64,000 nt of DNA from Octopus vulgaris (GCA_951406725.2 OX597815.1:83142001-83206000); one strand, 5' to 3'; positions 42,266 to 55,701 are shown, counted from the first letter of the stretch. Notes: a model not told the origin generated them from the letters alone. Translations and numbers: made by a program.

Positions 42266-45200
42266 TGGTTTCCGCTTCATCGGGGAATTACCTCCCTTTG
42301 CAGGATAAGGACACCGTGACGGTGTCGAGCCTTTCTGGTGACGTCGATGTTCGCCTGGGGCTAAATGCAACAGTAACACCCCCACCACCCTGCCCTGTCC
42401 CTAGCCATATTCAGATGGCTTTAGTCCCTTATGTTATCGAGCAGTTACTGTCTATATCTCTTTTAGAGAATTATTATTGCTATATATATATATATATATA
42501 TGCTTATGTATCTCTGTGTAGTTTTGCATGTGTGTGTGTGTGCACACACACACCAAGTGTTGTGCGCGCACGTATGTATTAAAAATTTATGAAGTTTATC
42601 TGAGAAATACTTATAATTTCGTAAACATGACGGAACAGATTCGTTACAATTTATGTCGTATATTCCCATAATAATCTATTCATATCTCATGTTCTGACGT
42701 AAAAGGAACCCTATTCTTACCTTAGAATTTATTGCTTGATTTCAGATAATCACAGGGTAATAACTGTCGTTAAAATCTAAATCTAGCCATTAAAACATAT
42801 TTGCTTGGCAACATTCGATGATAAGAATCTTTAACAAGCGTACTTGTAAAAATGGTAACTAGAAGTGTACGGCTGCCGTTGACTTTGTGATGGTTGCGAT
42901 TGCAATCCTTTCTTCCTTTTCTCGTAACTTCATTTCTGACAGAAAAACTTGATGGCGTTGAGAACTTTGTTTACAGAAGCTAAATGAGTTATAAAGTCAT
43001 GCGGTCATATGGTACAGATTTGTTGAATTTACACATTTTTTCATTAAAACATTTATAAATCTAATATTTTGGCATAAATTCTGTCATAATAATGATATAA
43101 AATGTATTATATAAATTTTAACAAAACTTTACTGTATATGTTTTAAAGTCATTTAATTTGTATAAACAGTACTTCTGAGAAACAATTCATGTATTTTGTT
43201 TTAACTACGTACCTTCATTTACCCAGGCGAGAAGCCCTGGGAAGTTTAAAGGAAGGGAAAATACGATTAGTGCCATCAAGATAAATGACTTTAAGCTACA
43301 ATTCTTCTTCGAATTTCTGATAGCGATTTATGGATGCTGGAGTTTCCTGGAATAATAGATTGATGCGTCTTCAATTACAATTTGGAGTGTTTGTTATGAC
43401 AGTATGAAAGTTGTATTCACAAGGAAACAATAGATCCTGGACACGACATTCCGGTGTCGTGAAACCCTATTAAATTGTGTGTTGCTCATTGTTGATAAGG
43501 ATTTAAAAAGCATCGAAAATCCACTTTCACTTTACCTAACTGGTAACTTTATTCATTGTCGCAACAATCATTTCAGCAAATTATATTTATCGTTTAATCT
43601 CTGTAATATAGAATATTGCATCTCTGTAAAACAAGGGCAAGTGGTACAGCAGTCAGCGAACTGTTCTCATCACCCAACAGCTAACAAGATTCAAAACTGA
43701 CTTGAAATAACAGGAGCCAATCCCGGTTACACGTTTTCTCAAAAAGGAAATCACAAGACAAAAAGTGTCTCCGAGGTAAGGAGTTTGATATAAAATTCAT
43801 GTTATCAAAAGATCTAAATCTGCGATCTTCTGAACCAAGGAAATATCGTCACATTAGGAAAAATCTTGAAGTAATTTTACGTGATCCTATAAGCAAATAT
43901 GCAGGATCCAAGTGATAAGGGCGAAATTTCTTAAACACATTTCTAATGTGTCTTCATGATGGTACCACATTGCTTGGTAAGTATCAACGTCTTACTGAGT
44001 GGGTATCATTGAAAATCAATGCAGCGAGAAAAATTTTAATGAAGTCCAGATGTGACTAGTAGGTAAGGTTTTCTTTTGAATATATTTGAAACTAATGTTC
44101 CACTTACTTCAACACATGTTCAGATCTGATCTTGATAATTTTTCCCGATTAGAGCAAATTCTGTTCATGCCTAGATCAATACAGTAGAGATATACAATTG
44201 CTACCGCCGTGTTTGAACTTGTGCAGTATAACTATGTTAGCACCTTGCATAACCATAGAACGGTATTCTGTTAAAAAATTTAAACGAGAATCTAACAGAT
44301 GCTATCAAGTGAGATTATACAATGGCTCAGGTGAGATATAATCTTTTAGGGAATTTGTCTGCTGCGATATAGTCCATAGGTACGATGAGTTAATCTATGA
44401 TAAAAAAAATTATCAAGTTTGGTAATAAACTGAAACCATTTAATTAAGTTTAGAGTTATTTAGTGAACATCATCCACTCTAAAGTTCAGAATGTTATACC
44501 ACCTACATTTTGTAAATATTCAAATACCTTTTATTTTTGTTGTTAATATCCCAGATTTAGAATTTTGATTTTAACAGATCGATTGTTTTTCTTGTACCAC
44601 GATTAATCTACATGATATTTCTTATGTTTGAGATTTCCTACATAACGTTACAATAGTTAATAGTACAAATTCAGACCATTTCCGGAATTATGATTCCAGA
44701 TCTTCTAAATAATTTATGGTTTCCTATAGTATTTGTTCCAAAAGCTTTATAATCAGTACAAACAAAATGTTCTCACCTGAATTAGATAAGTACTAACTGA
44801 TGTCACGTAGGCTTTCGTTCTCCTCAAAGCATCTACTATAGAAAATATTGACTGTTTTATGGCTGTCACAAATATGTGTTGCATTTAATGTCATTTGTTA
44901 AGACAGATGATTTCAATATTTTGAATTATCGAATCACTTCTAAGTTCACACATTTTGTGTCTTTGTGTTGCAATTATTCTGACTTGGTCCAGTGAAACTT
45001 TCTCGGTTGTACACTGACATTGGTGCAAAGATAGTCTGGACTTCATAGTGCCCTGTTCTTTGTATTTCTCACCAAACGCTCTGGAGGTGTGGTTAGCTAG
45101 GTATAAAAGGATATAACTATACAGACAGTAGATGACACCAGCGTCTTTTATGATGTGATTTAGTACCACAATAAATGTTAATGATACTTTTAAAAAATCG

Positions 45201-46195
45201 ATAGAAACACAGTTATAGGAGGTATTAACGTTTATGAATGGCATTCATAAATCGACGAAATGTGTTATTCTCAGCAGGTAAATAATGGCTGGGATGGGGG
45301 GAACAACTTACTGGTGGGGGATGCGATTTTCATGCGAGAATTAGTGAAATAACTTTGCCCCATCGGAAAATTTTCAGGTAATTCGTGACACGCTACCCAA
45401 GTAAAAATGACAACTCATATTCGTAAGTGGAGTTTCACCTCCAGGACTCAATCTTAGGCAAATCTCAGAGCCAAATATCAGAATCTTTCTTAGAATTGTT
45501 ACTAAAATCCAAAGGAAGTATCAATATGCTTAGTACCAAGTGGTGTGACTGCGAAATAAACAACACTAGACTGTGTATGGGAAAATATTATAGATGTCCA
45601 TTCTCATGCCAAAGACAATATCAAACAGTCGCATTATTTAATTAATAGCTAGTTATCTGACTACATGTTAATTGGCACTTTTCCATTCACGTGGCATCTA
45701 ATCTTAACTAGGGTAACAGACCACAACTAAATCCCGAACAAGTTTAGAATAGAGTTTCGAGGCGCCCATACAAGGTATGTCATGGTAAGAGGATATAACA
45801 CATGGACAAGTATATCGGTAGTACACCCCTTACACCTTCAATAGACTTTTATTACCATGACGCTAACTCTCAATAAAAAATATGAAGGCAGAAATGAAAC
45901 AAATACGTTGTACTTTACAAAGACTAGAACCATCAAGACAATTTTCGCGAATGCTCGGACGCAGATATCTATATGTATTTCGGGTTTGTTTATAAAAAAA
46001 ATCATTTATGCAGTATCAAGACACTTTAAGTATATATTAACTAAATTGATGGCTGACTGTTTGGCCGATCTGATTCGCAAGAATCCATGAAGGCGTTGAT
46101 TTGTGAGTTCGATTCTGCTCTAGGCTAGCTCATCATTTTTCAGTCATTTTTTTTATATTTAAAATTTGTCACTTAAAATCGGAGAATAAATATCA

Positions 46196-46517
46196 TTATG
46201 GTGGTTAGAGCGTCGAGCTTACGATCGTGAGGTTGTGAGCTCGAATCCCGGACCGGGCTGCGTGTTGTGTTCTTGAGCAAAGCACTTTATTTCACGTTGC
46301 TCCAGTTCACTCAGCTGTAGAAATGAGTTGCGACGTCACTGGTGCCAAGCTGTATCGACCTTTGTCTTTCCCTTGGATAACACTGATGGCGTGGAGAGGG
46401 GAGGCTGGTATGCATGGGCGACTGCTGGTCTCCCATAAACAACCTTGCCCGGACTTGTGTCTAGGAGGGTAACTTTCTAGGTGCAATCCCATGGTCATTC
46501 ATGACCGAAGGGGGTCT
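46196..46517 (+). mobile_element. Well-preserved tRNA-derived CORE-like SINE
   Basis: GTGGTTAGAGCG, GAGCTCGAATCCC, GTGTTCTTGAGCAAAGCACTTT..CTCAGCTGTAGAAATGAG. Confidence 0.85.
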
Positions 46518-46535
46518 ATATATTATACAGTTATT

Positions 46536-46587
<52 letters not shown>

Positions 46588-47037
46588 TTATTAAACGGTC
46601 ATACCGAGGGATATCCAGTTAAGACCTTGAAGATACTGCATCATATTGTAGTAGGGTTGAAACTGCAACATGTAATGGTCTTTGAAAGGCGGTATATAAT
46701 TATAGAATTGAAGGTAATGTTATTACTACTTCGGGGCAATTGTTATTTTTAATATTGTCAATATTCAAACTCCAGGATACCTATATAGTTGAGGAAATAT
46801 ATTCGGAATTATCCAACGGAATATTCCTCAAATTTCGCATCTGATTAGAACTTTATTGGATTTATATGTTAACTGCTGAATAACATTTTGAAAACCTAAC
46901 TCAGAGCAAACTGGTAATCATTTTGGGGTAATCCCTTTCTTTTTGCTAATATGTAAGAGAAGAAATGGAGCAATATGTAACAATTAGAAGTTAATCATTA
47001 GTATTGAATGATCGTAGTTTAATTATGGTTAAGATAA

Positions 47038-47117
47038 CATTTACAGCTGTTTCAGTCTGTTAATTTTTAAATAAAAGTGCGTTTATCTCGTTCCATGTAA
47101 CAGACATCATCAGAATG
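47038..47117 (-). ncRNA. Minimal type I hammerhead with an intact core, 3' of a Penelope GIY-YIG remnant
   Basis: CAUU-CUGAUGA-U-GUCUGUUA..UAACAGAC-U-GAAAC-AGCU-GUA-AAUG. Confidence 0.72.
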
Positions 47118-47754
47118 ATTTGAACTTTACCAGAGGAATATTGACAGGAGATCAAAAGTTGACAGGAAAAAGACAAAGGATGAAAAGAAAAGGAAAAGAA
47201 AAAGGTCTTTAGGCTTATATTTTTGTGTCCTTAAAAGATGGTGTGTGTACAGTTGCTTCAATAGGTGAATGGAACAATGAGTGGTAAAAAACGGCCAGTT
47301 GACCGGCGATGTTAGCCAAGAGAGTTATACCTGGTAGTAATATCCAGTATCATTAATCGTAACAAATAACGCTATTTGAATCCGCTTGATAAGTCCCTAT
47401 GACTACAAATGATATTTCTACTCTATGCACAAGGCCCGAAGTAGGGTTTACTACTCGTAGATATAATTAAAACAAATAAACTCGGCTAGAATATCATAAA
47501 TCGATCGGTTAATCCTATATATGTTAATGGCAGCACTAGCAATTAGTATATTAGTCAGTGATCTAATTTAAACTGAATATAGGTGTATATCGTGCATCTA
47601 AGATGAATAATCCAGTTAGTGGATGTAAACTGAATATAATTGTGGTCTATCCTATGTTTTGCTGTTGTGAAGGGAAGGTCAATGGGAGGTAATCAGAGGT
47701 TAGACAAGTCAGCTAATAAACAATAATGTAAGGTAGGTTAGCGCTATTTAGAGT

Positions 47755-48075
47755 TTATCTTTATGTAAGCATGCTTTGTTTTTCTCGTCTCGTTTATTCA
47801 GCAATTTTGATTTGGCCACTAAAATGAAGAATTTCGCATTTATGCATAAATTGTAGCGTTCATTTTTAAGGTTATATTAGGATGTTTTGTGTAATACATC
47901 CGGATTAGAATGCGCCATTCTAATCCACAATCATTGTTATTATCTTTAAGTTCCCAGACGTAACTCCTTAATCCTGTAGATTTAACCTTATTTTTATTCC
48001 TGAAGCTTGAGAGATGGGAATTATATCTATGTTTCATTTTATTTTATATAAGTATTTTTGTAATGACTACGGATA
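47755..48075 (-). pseudogene. Penelope-like GIY-YIG endonuclease remnant
   Basis: KHRYNSHLSSFRNKNKVKSTGLRSYVWELKD..LEWRIL (ORF 47840-48037), then LLNKRDE..CLH. Confidence 0.8.
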
Positions 48076-48164
48076 CATTTATCCATTAGACGGTTGTATA
48101 AACTCTAGCTCATAATCTCTCTATTAGTAGCCTGTATAATGCATGTAGTATGAAGCATTTATAG

Positions 48165-48262
<98 letters not shown>

Positions 48263-48499
48263 CTACGTATGTATATATATATAGGCTGCGCAGAAGTAAC
48301 GCCTTCTTTGCATTTAACAACATTTAGAATATATAAATGTTTAAGTAATTATTTATAGAATATAAATTTACTGCATTACTTAAAGAAACTAATAATAAAC
48401 AAATGGAAAAAACCGCAGAAGTTTTAGCAAATATATTAAGTAAATTTTCATCAAAAAAACATGACTCAATACATGATTCAAATACAGAAAGCTGTTATA

Positions 48500-48560
<61 letters not shown>

Positions 48561-48762
48561 TAAAGTGGAATTAATTAAAGGACATACTAAGTATGTCCAC
48601 TTGCTGGGAATAGCACTCAAATCGCTGAAAAATCTGATGATAACAACAGAGATCAACCTTCTGCGGACAAACAGGATAATGCGATATAACAGGCTAATGC
48701 TTTTTCTTGACATAAAATATATGAACTTTCAGTTCCAAGTCGGTCGTTTCATGCTTAATGAC

Positions 48763-48830
<68 letters not shown>

Positions 48831-48835
<5 letters not shown>

Positions 48836-49056
48836 CTTTACTACCCACAAGGGGATAAACACAGAGAGGACAAACAAGGACAAACAAACGGATTAAGTCG
48901 ATTACATCGACCCCAGTGCGCAACTGGTACTTAATTTAGCGACCTCGAAAGGATGAAAGGCAAAGTCGACCTCGGCGGAATTTGAACTCAGAACGTAACG
49001 GCAGACGAAATACGGTCACGCATTTCGCCCGGCGTGCTAACGTTTCTGCCAGCTCG

Positions 49057-49060
<4 letters not shown>
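48831..49060 (-). mobile_element. Full-length Meta-like SINE, tail type TGTCCTTGTTTGTCC..CCCCTTGTGGG..TAAAGAAATA, inserted in (TA)n
   Basis: Complete head, core and tail; highly similar to 54391-54610. Confidence 0.88.
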
Positions 49061-49107
<47 letters not shown>

Positions 49108-49162
49108 GTACACGCATATATATACATTACATACACTCGTATATATATGTATGTGTATTTAT

Positions 49163-49196
<34 letters not shown>

Positions 49197-49226
49197 TGTG
49201 TGTGCGTGTGTGTACTATATTATATG

Positions 49227-49274
<48 letters not shown>

Positions 49275-49325
49275 GAGGTGAGAGATTTGCAGATTGAATG
49301 AGAAATATAAATACGAACGCGCCCA

Positions 49326-49371
<46 letters not shown>

Positions 49372-49831
49372 ACAAATGGCATGCAGTTGTTGTTAGATGG
49401 CCTAACGTTTAGACATACCATTATTAAAGAGAATGTATACGTGAATTATATGAATTATATTAATATTTGATTATATTGTGCCTTATTAATGTAAAACAAG
49501 TTGTCTTACACGTTGGTATATAAACTTACACTCCTTCAACTTTTACATGCTTATCAGTAAGAACGTGGATGTAAAAATATACAAAGTAAAATCAATCATA
49601 GACTTACACACACCAGTGAAACGGAAAAATACAAAACACGGCGCGCACACATATGTATATGTATGCATATATTACTCTAAATTTGTAGAAACGATTAAAT
49701 ATTTGCATAAATGCATTTATACATGTTTATATATGTGTATATATGTGAGTAAATGTGCGTGTGTCTTCGAGTGTCTTTGTATGTATATATATACTTACGT
49801 ATATGCGCATAAGGATGTACACTTGTGTATA

Positions 49832-49883
<52 letters not shown>

Positions 49884-50266
49884 CATATTTACGTATGTGT
49901 CTTTACATATATACGCTTACGAAATATACATCGATGTATGTTGTCTACATACATACTACACATGCAGACATGAACAGACACACATACACGGAAACATAAT
50001 GTATATAGGTATGTATACAATTCTGCTTTTTTAGACAAAACGAGACTATTTAAGTGAGTAGAATGAAGAACTGATTCCTACATCTATATTAATTGTCTTT
50101 GTGTATCTACCTGCATACATGTATATCATTGCTTATGAATAGACTTCTGTTATTGCATATTTGTGTGTTCATATATGTCGGTAAGAGTTTGTGCGTGTGC
50201 ATGTATGTGTGTGACTATGTTCACAGTCAAATGCGTTTATGCACATATGTCAATATGTTCCAATGT

Positions 50267-50314
<48 letters not shown>

Positions 50315-50486
50315 GATCTATAGAGATACATACATATATATATATATATATACATAGATAGCTGTATATATGTGTGTCTACCTTAATGTATTCACATACC
50401 TTCATATCTATCGATGAATGTTGTTTCCGCACATGCGTACACATACATAAGCATACCTACTTACATGCATACAAACATATATACAT

Positions 50487-50530
<44 letters not shown>

Positions 50531-51539
50531 ATCTATGTATGTGTTTATATATATATATATATTCATATATATAAATGTATACACAAGCATAGTGTATACA
50601 CACACGCATATACACCCTCGCACACACGTATATTCATTCATATACTTTCAAGCTTTTATGTTTATGTGTTTTTTACGTAATATACTTGAATAATGCATTA
50701 GATGAACACGAACTACATTCTTTGAAGAATCTTGCATTGCACTCATAAATTTGAGGCCGCAACGTACACTTATTCCATTATTTTACCATGACATCTTTTT
50801 TTCTCTTTGATGATTTGAAAATACTGGAACGATAATTTGCGATGAATTGAAATGAATAAATCTCTATTCAGTTTCAGTCAATAAGTTTCATTTTTATGAG
50901 TTTCTATTCTGACTTGAGAATATTTTTCTATTGTTTTTTTTTTGTTGTTTTTGTTTTTGTTTGTGTTATATTTGTTATATAGTTCTCAAAATTATTAATT
51001 TCTTAGTGTTTTTCCCCCTGTTAACTTCGTTTTCAAATGGTTGCTAGTAATTCCTTCTGGTGTATTTCCGTCGAATTTCAATAAAGAATATGCCAGAGTG
51101 CATATTAAATTTGATTGCCGAAAACGAAAAACAATGACAAAAAACTCAACACCGAAAGTATATTATGTTATTCCTCTAAATAACATTTTCTTCTCATTTT
51201 TGTGTTATTGATTTTTTTTTTCAATAAAAAATACTGATCCGAAGTTAGGTGTATGTATATGCAGCTATAAATGTTTAATATATAAACACCATTATAATAT
51301 ATAAATATATAACTGTTATAATGTATAAATAAACGTTTATACTCATGTACTGGCCTGGTAAGTTTTACTTTGGGATTATAGCTATGTAGATTTGATACGT
51401 AGAGCAATTTCAGTATATTTCCGAAAACAATGCATGATACGACAAATTATGAAACTAATAACGAATTGTTCGACTCAACTAATATTATATCACATTATAC
51501 GTTCTCGTACATTTCAGTTAATATGTTATGAGTTTCTCA

Positions 51540-51755
51540 AGGCGGCGAACTGGTAGAAACTTTAGCATGTTGGGCGAGATGCTTAACGGTATTTCGTCTG
51601 TCTTTACCGTCTGAGTTCAAATTCCGCCGAGGTCGACTTGTCTTTTCATCTTTTCGGGGTCGGTAAATTAAGTAGCAGTTGCGCACTGGGATCGATCTAA
51701 TCGACTGGCCCCCTCCCCAAAAATGTTCAGGCCTTGTTTCTAGCGTAGAAAAGAA
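51540..51755 (+). mobile_element. Full-length Meta-like SINE, tail type CCCCTCCCCAAA..GAAAAGA
   Basis: GGCGGCGAACTGGTAGAAAC..GAGTTCAAATTCCGCCGAGGTCGAC..CGGGGTCGGTAAATTAAGTA. Confidence 0.85.
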
Positions 51756-52460
51756 TATGAATTTCTTCAATAATACATTACATATTTTACTTATATTTAT
51801 TGTTAATTCTCAAACCTAGTATATAGCATTTATATTCCAAAATATTACTTCTGTTTAAACATGTTTTGATATAACCCGATGATTACTCGTTTGAATAAAA
51901 ACGTTAATGTATAGAAATATAAATATGCAGAGGATGATAACCATCTCCAATGCTAGATTTAGGGATGCAGTTAACTTTGCGAGGAATACAAACCAAAGGT
52001 GAAAATGGCTTCACAAATGCTACATAGAGGCTATCACTATATGGACCGTCCATTTTGAAAACGTATGATTATGTCAAAGAAAAAGAGGAAGAAGAATAAG
52101 AAACGTATAAGTGTTGTTCAGTATCCTGTGTATGAGTATGTGTGTGTGTGCGTGTGTGTATGTAAATGTGTGTCTTTCCTTAAGCTCTTATGCCTCTACC
52201 TCATCGTGCGCATTCTTTATTTGGAGGTGTAGCAACACAATAGCTGATATTTTTTATGCCAATGAAGCTTCAAATATTGTATTTCTTTCTAAATACATGA
52301 GTTCATATTTGCACGTACGACCTCTTTAAAAAATCAAAGTCAAGTGTATAATTTTCACGTTCAAAATGGAAGTACTACAGATTGTCAATCCGTCTCTAGT
52401 TGTTATATTATTTCCCCTATATTCTATTCAATGTGAAAACTGCATTTAAATATTTACATA

Positions 52461-52621
52461 GACGCAGGCCTGGCAGTGTGGTAAAAAGCTTGCTTTCCAA
52501 TCACATGTTTCCCAGTTCAGTCCCACGGCGTGACACATTGTCTCCTACTTTAAAGGTCTCCTACAAGGGCCGACCAAAGCCTTGTGAGTAAATTTGGTTG
52601 ACAGAAAATGAAAGAAGCCTG

Positions 52622-52668
<47 letters not shown>

Positions 52669-52893
52669 TATATCGATGTGTGTGTGTCTGCGTTTGTCAC
52701 CCGCCACCGCTTGACGATTGGTACTGGAGTGTTACGTCCCCGTAACGTGGCGTTTCGGCAAATGAGACCGTTAGAATAAGTATTAGGCTTAGAAATATTA
52801 TAAGTCCAGGGGCCAATTTTGTTCGATTAAAACCATTGAAGACGGCGCCCCAGCATGGCCACAGTCAAATGATTGAAACAATTAAAAAAAAAA
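52461..52893 (+). mobile_element. CR1-tailed SINE with an internal (TA)n/(TG)n tract
   Basis: Head GCAGGCCTGGCAGTGTGGTAA..GGGCCGACCAAAGCCTTGTGAGT; tail CCCCAGCATGGCCACAGTCAAATGATTGAAACA plus A-run. Confidence 0.82.
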
Positions 52894-53158
52894 AGGAATG
52901 GAATGCAGTCATTCCCTCTCAGAAACATTGAATTGCATATGATCGTATTGCACGTTAAAAGTCTTTCTATGTTTTGACAGGAGATGAACTCTTATTAAAC
53001 GCATTTCCTGATTCTTTGAAAAGCAGTTCCTAAAGATTGGTTCTACTGTGGTAGATATTACGCGTGCGAGTATACCTGTAATTATAGGTTAATGATAGAT
53101 ACTTTCCTTTTCATTACTTAACAAGTTCTGAGCAGATGATTCAACTACTGTGCATTTA

Positions 53159-53676
53159 CCGTAAATCCTCGAGTATAGTCCGCCCTTGAGTATAATACGC
53201 AGGGGATTTTTAGGGGATTCTGAAAAACCTAAACCTTGTGTATAATACGCACCCCTTCTCTAACTTGAGTTGTGCGTAATTAAACCAGCAGCACCTAGTC
53301 GACCAAACACTTCCGCGCATGCATGATACAATAATGGTGATGTTCCTAACTGTTATATGGGAATGTAAATACGTCTGCAAATAGTTTTTATTACATGTTA
53401 TTCTGTCTTCTGAATATTTTAATTTTAATAAATGTTGCTTACTGCAAGTTATGGATGATTCTTTTATGACTTCATTGCATTCAGGCTTAGCTTAGCTTTC
53501 GTGCACGACATCACAAAATGCGTCTGAATAAACATTGCCGGACAGCAAATAGAGACTCAGATATTGCTTAGAAAAATTTTTTTTTTTTAATTTTTAACCT
53601 CGTATATAGTACACACACTAGGGATTTTGACCTTTAAAGTTTGTGGAAAATGCGGATTATACTCGAGGATTTACGG
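53159..53676. mobile_element. 518-bp pogo/Tigger-like MITE
   Basis: 25-bp TIR CCGTAAATCCTCGAGTATA(G/A)TCCGC with one mismatch; TA duplication at 53157-53158 and 53677-53678; internal GTATAATACGCA repeats. Confidence 0.92.
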
Positions 53677-54390
53677 TATTTTCCTACTCGCTGATCATTT
53701 TGTCTGGATGTTATGTCTTCAATTTATAGAAGTTCTGATATATTACTTATTATGCCATTTATATCACAAGATTATATTTCCTATGGATTTCATTGTACAA
53801 TGTTCTATTCCACATCATCATATCTCAGAAATTCTATAATAATATTTTAAGGCTTAATGTGATGGATGATATCACCAGCGTAAATTTTCACATATGTATG
53901 CATTCACGTAAGTTTCTTCGGGTTTTTTAAGAAGCCACGATATTGCAAGGGAAAAATTAAAAGTTAAGAAAAAGCAAAACAAAAACAAAACGAAAGTTCG
54001 TCGCTTTCACTTTATATTTCATTGTTTCAACGTTGAAACACATAACGTTCAACAACCCAGAAAGTAAAGCTGAGCTTAGTTGTCTGCAGTAGGAATTTAT
54101 AAACATGGTAGCGTGAAGCATTCACGGAAGTTTAATTTGATATTAGCTCATTATTGCCACATACACTGAAATATTAAAAGAATTTAATATATTTAGAAAA
54201 AATAAACCTCATTAATCTGCAAATTACCGATATTTCGTCCTGCAGTTTTATTGTAATGTTAATATTATATTTTTGTTGACAGTTCATGTAGTTTTTAAGG
54301 GAAGAAATACACACACACACACACGAACACCACTCCCACACGCACACGTATACACACACATACACACACACACAAAAACACATATATATA

Positions 54391-54610
54391 TATTTCTTTA
54401 TTGCCCACAAGGGGCTAAACATAGAAGGGACAAACAAGGACAGACAAAGGGATTAAGTTGATTACATCGACCCCAGTGCGTAACTGGTACTTTATTAATC
54501 GACCCCGAAAGGTAAAATCGACCTCAGCGGAATTTGAACACAGAATGTAGAGGCAGACGAAATACTGCTAAGCATTTCACCCGGCGTGCTAACGTTTCTG
54601 CTAGCTCGCC
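54391..54610 (-). mobile_element. Meta-like SINE, same tail type as 48831-49060
   Basis: Colinear with 48831-49060 apart from a small internal deletion. Confidence 0.85.
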
Positions 54611-54624
54611 GAGTTCTTGCTACA

Positions 54625-55027
54625 TCTTTATATATAAAAGAGAGGTTGTGTGCTGTCTGTCTCCTACGATTTAGATTCCTAACTACTCCCACATTTTGCG
54701 GTGCAGTTTAACCAAAACCGGGTATCTTATAGTCGTGATTCATATCGAGCCCTTCTGGGTATTAGCGCGCGTCTAAGATGAGTCTACGATTCAAAAAAAA
54801 ATTACCATCAATTTTTCCCATTTTTTAACGCATTTTTGGCATATATAAGGGAAGTAACTCTCTAAAAATGTATTATTAAATCTCAGAACGTAAAAAGCTA
54901 CAGTAACCATCCCCCCTTTGTCTTTGTGGTTAGCCATATTGAGATGGCTATTATACTTTACATCTCTAAAAATGCTTATATAGTTATTTCCCTTACAAAC
55001 CCGAGCAATACCGGGCGATACTGCTAG
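54625..55027 (+). mobile_element. Non-autonomous Helitron (~400 bp)
   Basis: A|TC 5' end (TCTTTATATATAAAAG), subterminal hairpin CCCG..CGGG at 55000-55015, CTAG|T 3' end, no TSD. Confidence 0.8.
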
Positions 55028-55099
55028 TAAGGTATACAATACTTATTTCATTCTTTATAATTCACCTTGTAAATTTGTAGGTATATCTACACTTTTGAT

Positions 55100-55208
55100 A
55101 AGATATTTTACATGCATGCATTGTCCCGTTTGTGAGCCGAATCTGAAACAAGTATTTTCTTACGACATGCTCAGGGTGCCACAAATGTACATTTATTCCT
55201 TCCACATG
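55100..55208 (+). repeat. 109-bp segment duplicated at 56264-56372
   Basis: Two substitutions seen between the copies. Confidence 0.92.
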
Positions 55209-55568
55209 GATCGCTTGCACTGAGTTTTGTTCATCAAAATGCCAATCGATGAATTTAATTTTCAATGAATGTAATAAATATTCGGTAGTAGCTTATCACC
55301 ATTTGGAATAGTTTCGAGTAGGCAAGTCTATGCTGTTCTCAATGTTAATTGTTTATAATGGTGCTTTCATTCTATACAGAGGTGGCTGATTCATATTGCA
55401 AAAATAGATCCCTGTTTCTAGCTTTATAAAGTATGTTATTATCAATGGAGATGCATAAACAAATACGTAAATATATGTATATGTATATATGTGTGCATGT
55501 GTTTATGCGCGCGTGTGTATGTATACATATATATATTTACATATATATATATATACATATATATATAC

Positions 55569-55605
<37 letters not shown>

Positions 55606-55644
55606 TATATGTATGTATGTATATATATATATATACATATATAT

Positions 55645-55675
<31 letters not shown>

Positions 55676-55701
55676 TACATAAATATACATATATACATGT
55701 G

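Larger units (their letters stand above)
41501..42481. mobile_element. 360-bp tandem unit (1.86 copies) plus an inverted copy; candidate non-LTR retrozyme
   Basis: 41501-41860 recurs from 41861 to 42170; 42161-42481 is the reverse complement of 41816-42138 with two differences seen; (TA)n on both sides. Confidence 0.85.

Noticed and set aside
41337-42582. Repeated 73-111 aa ORFs in the 360-bp unit, and possible rolling-circle translation because 360 is divisible by 3
   Set aside because: No recognisable domain; the listed frames end in stops (41768-41770 and 41775-41777); the recurrence simply reflects the duplication
46196-46260. tRNA genes at the SINE heads (also 6037, 33530, 51540)
   Set aside because: Box A and B are present but I could not fold a complete cloverleaf, and each continues into a shared SINE body
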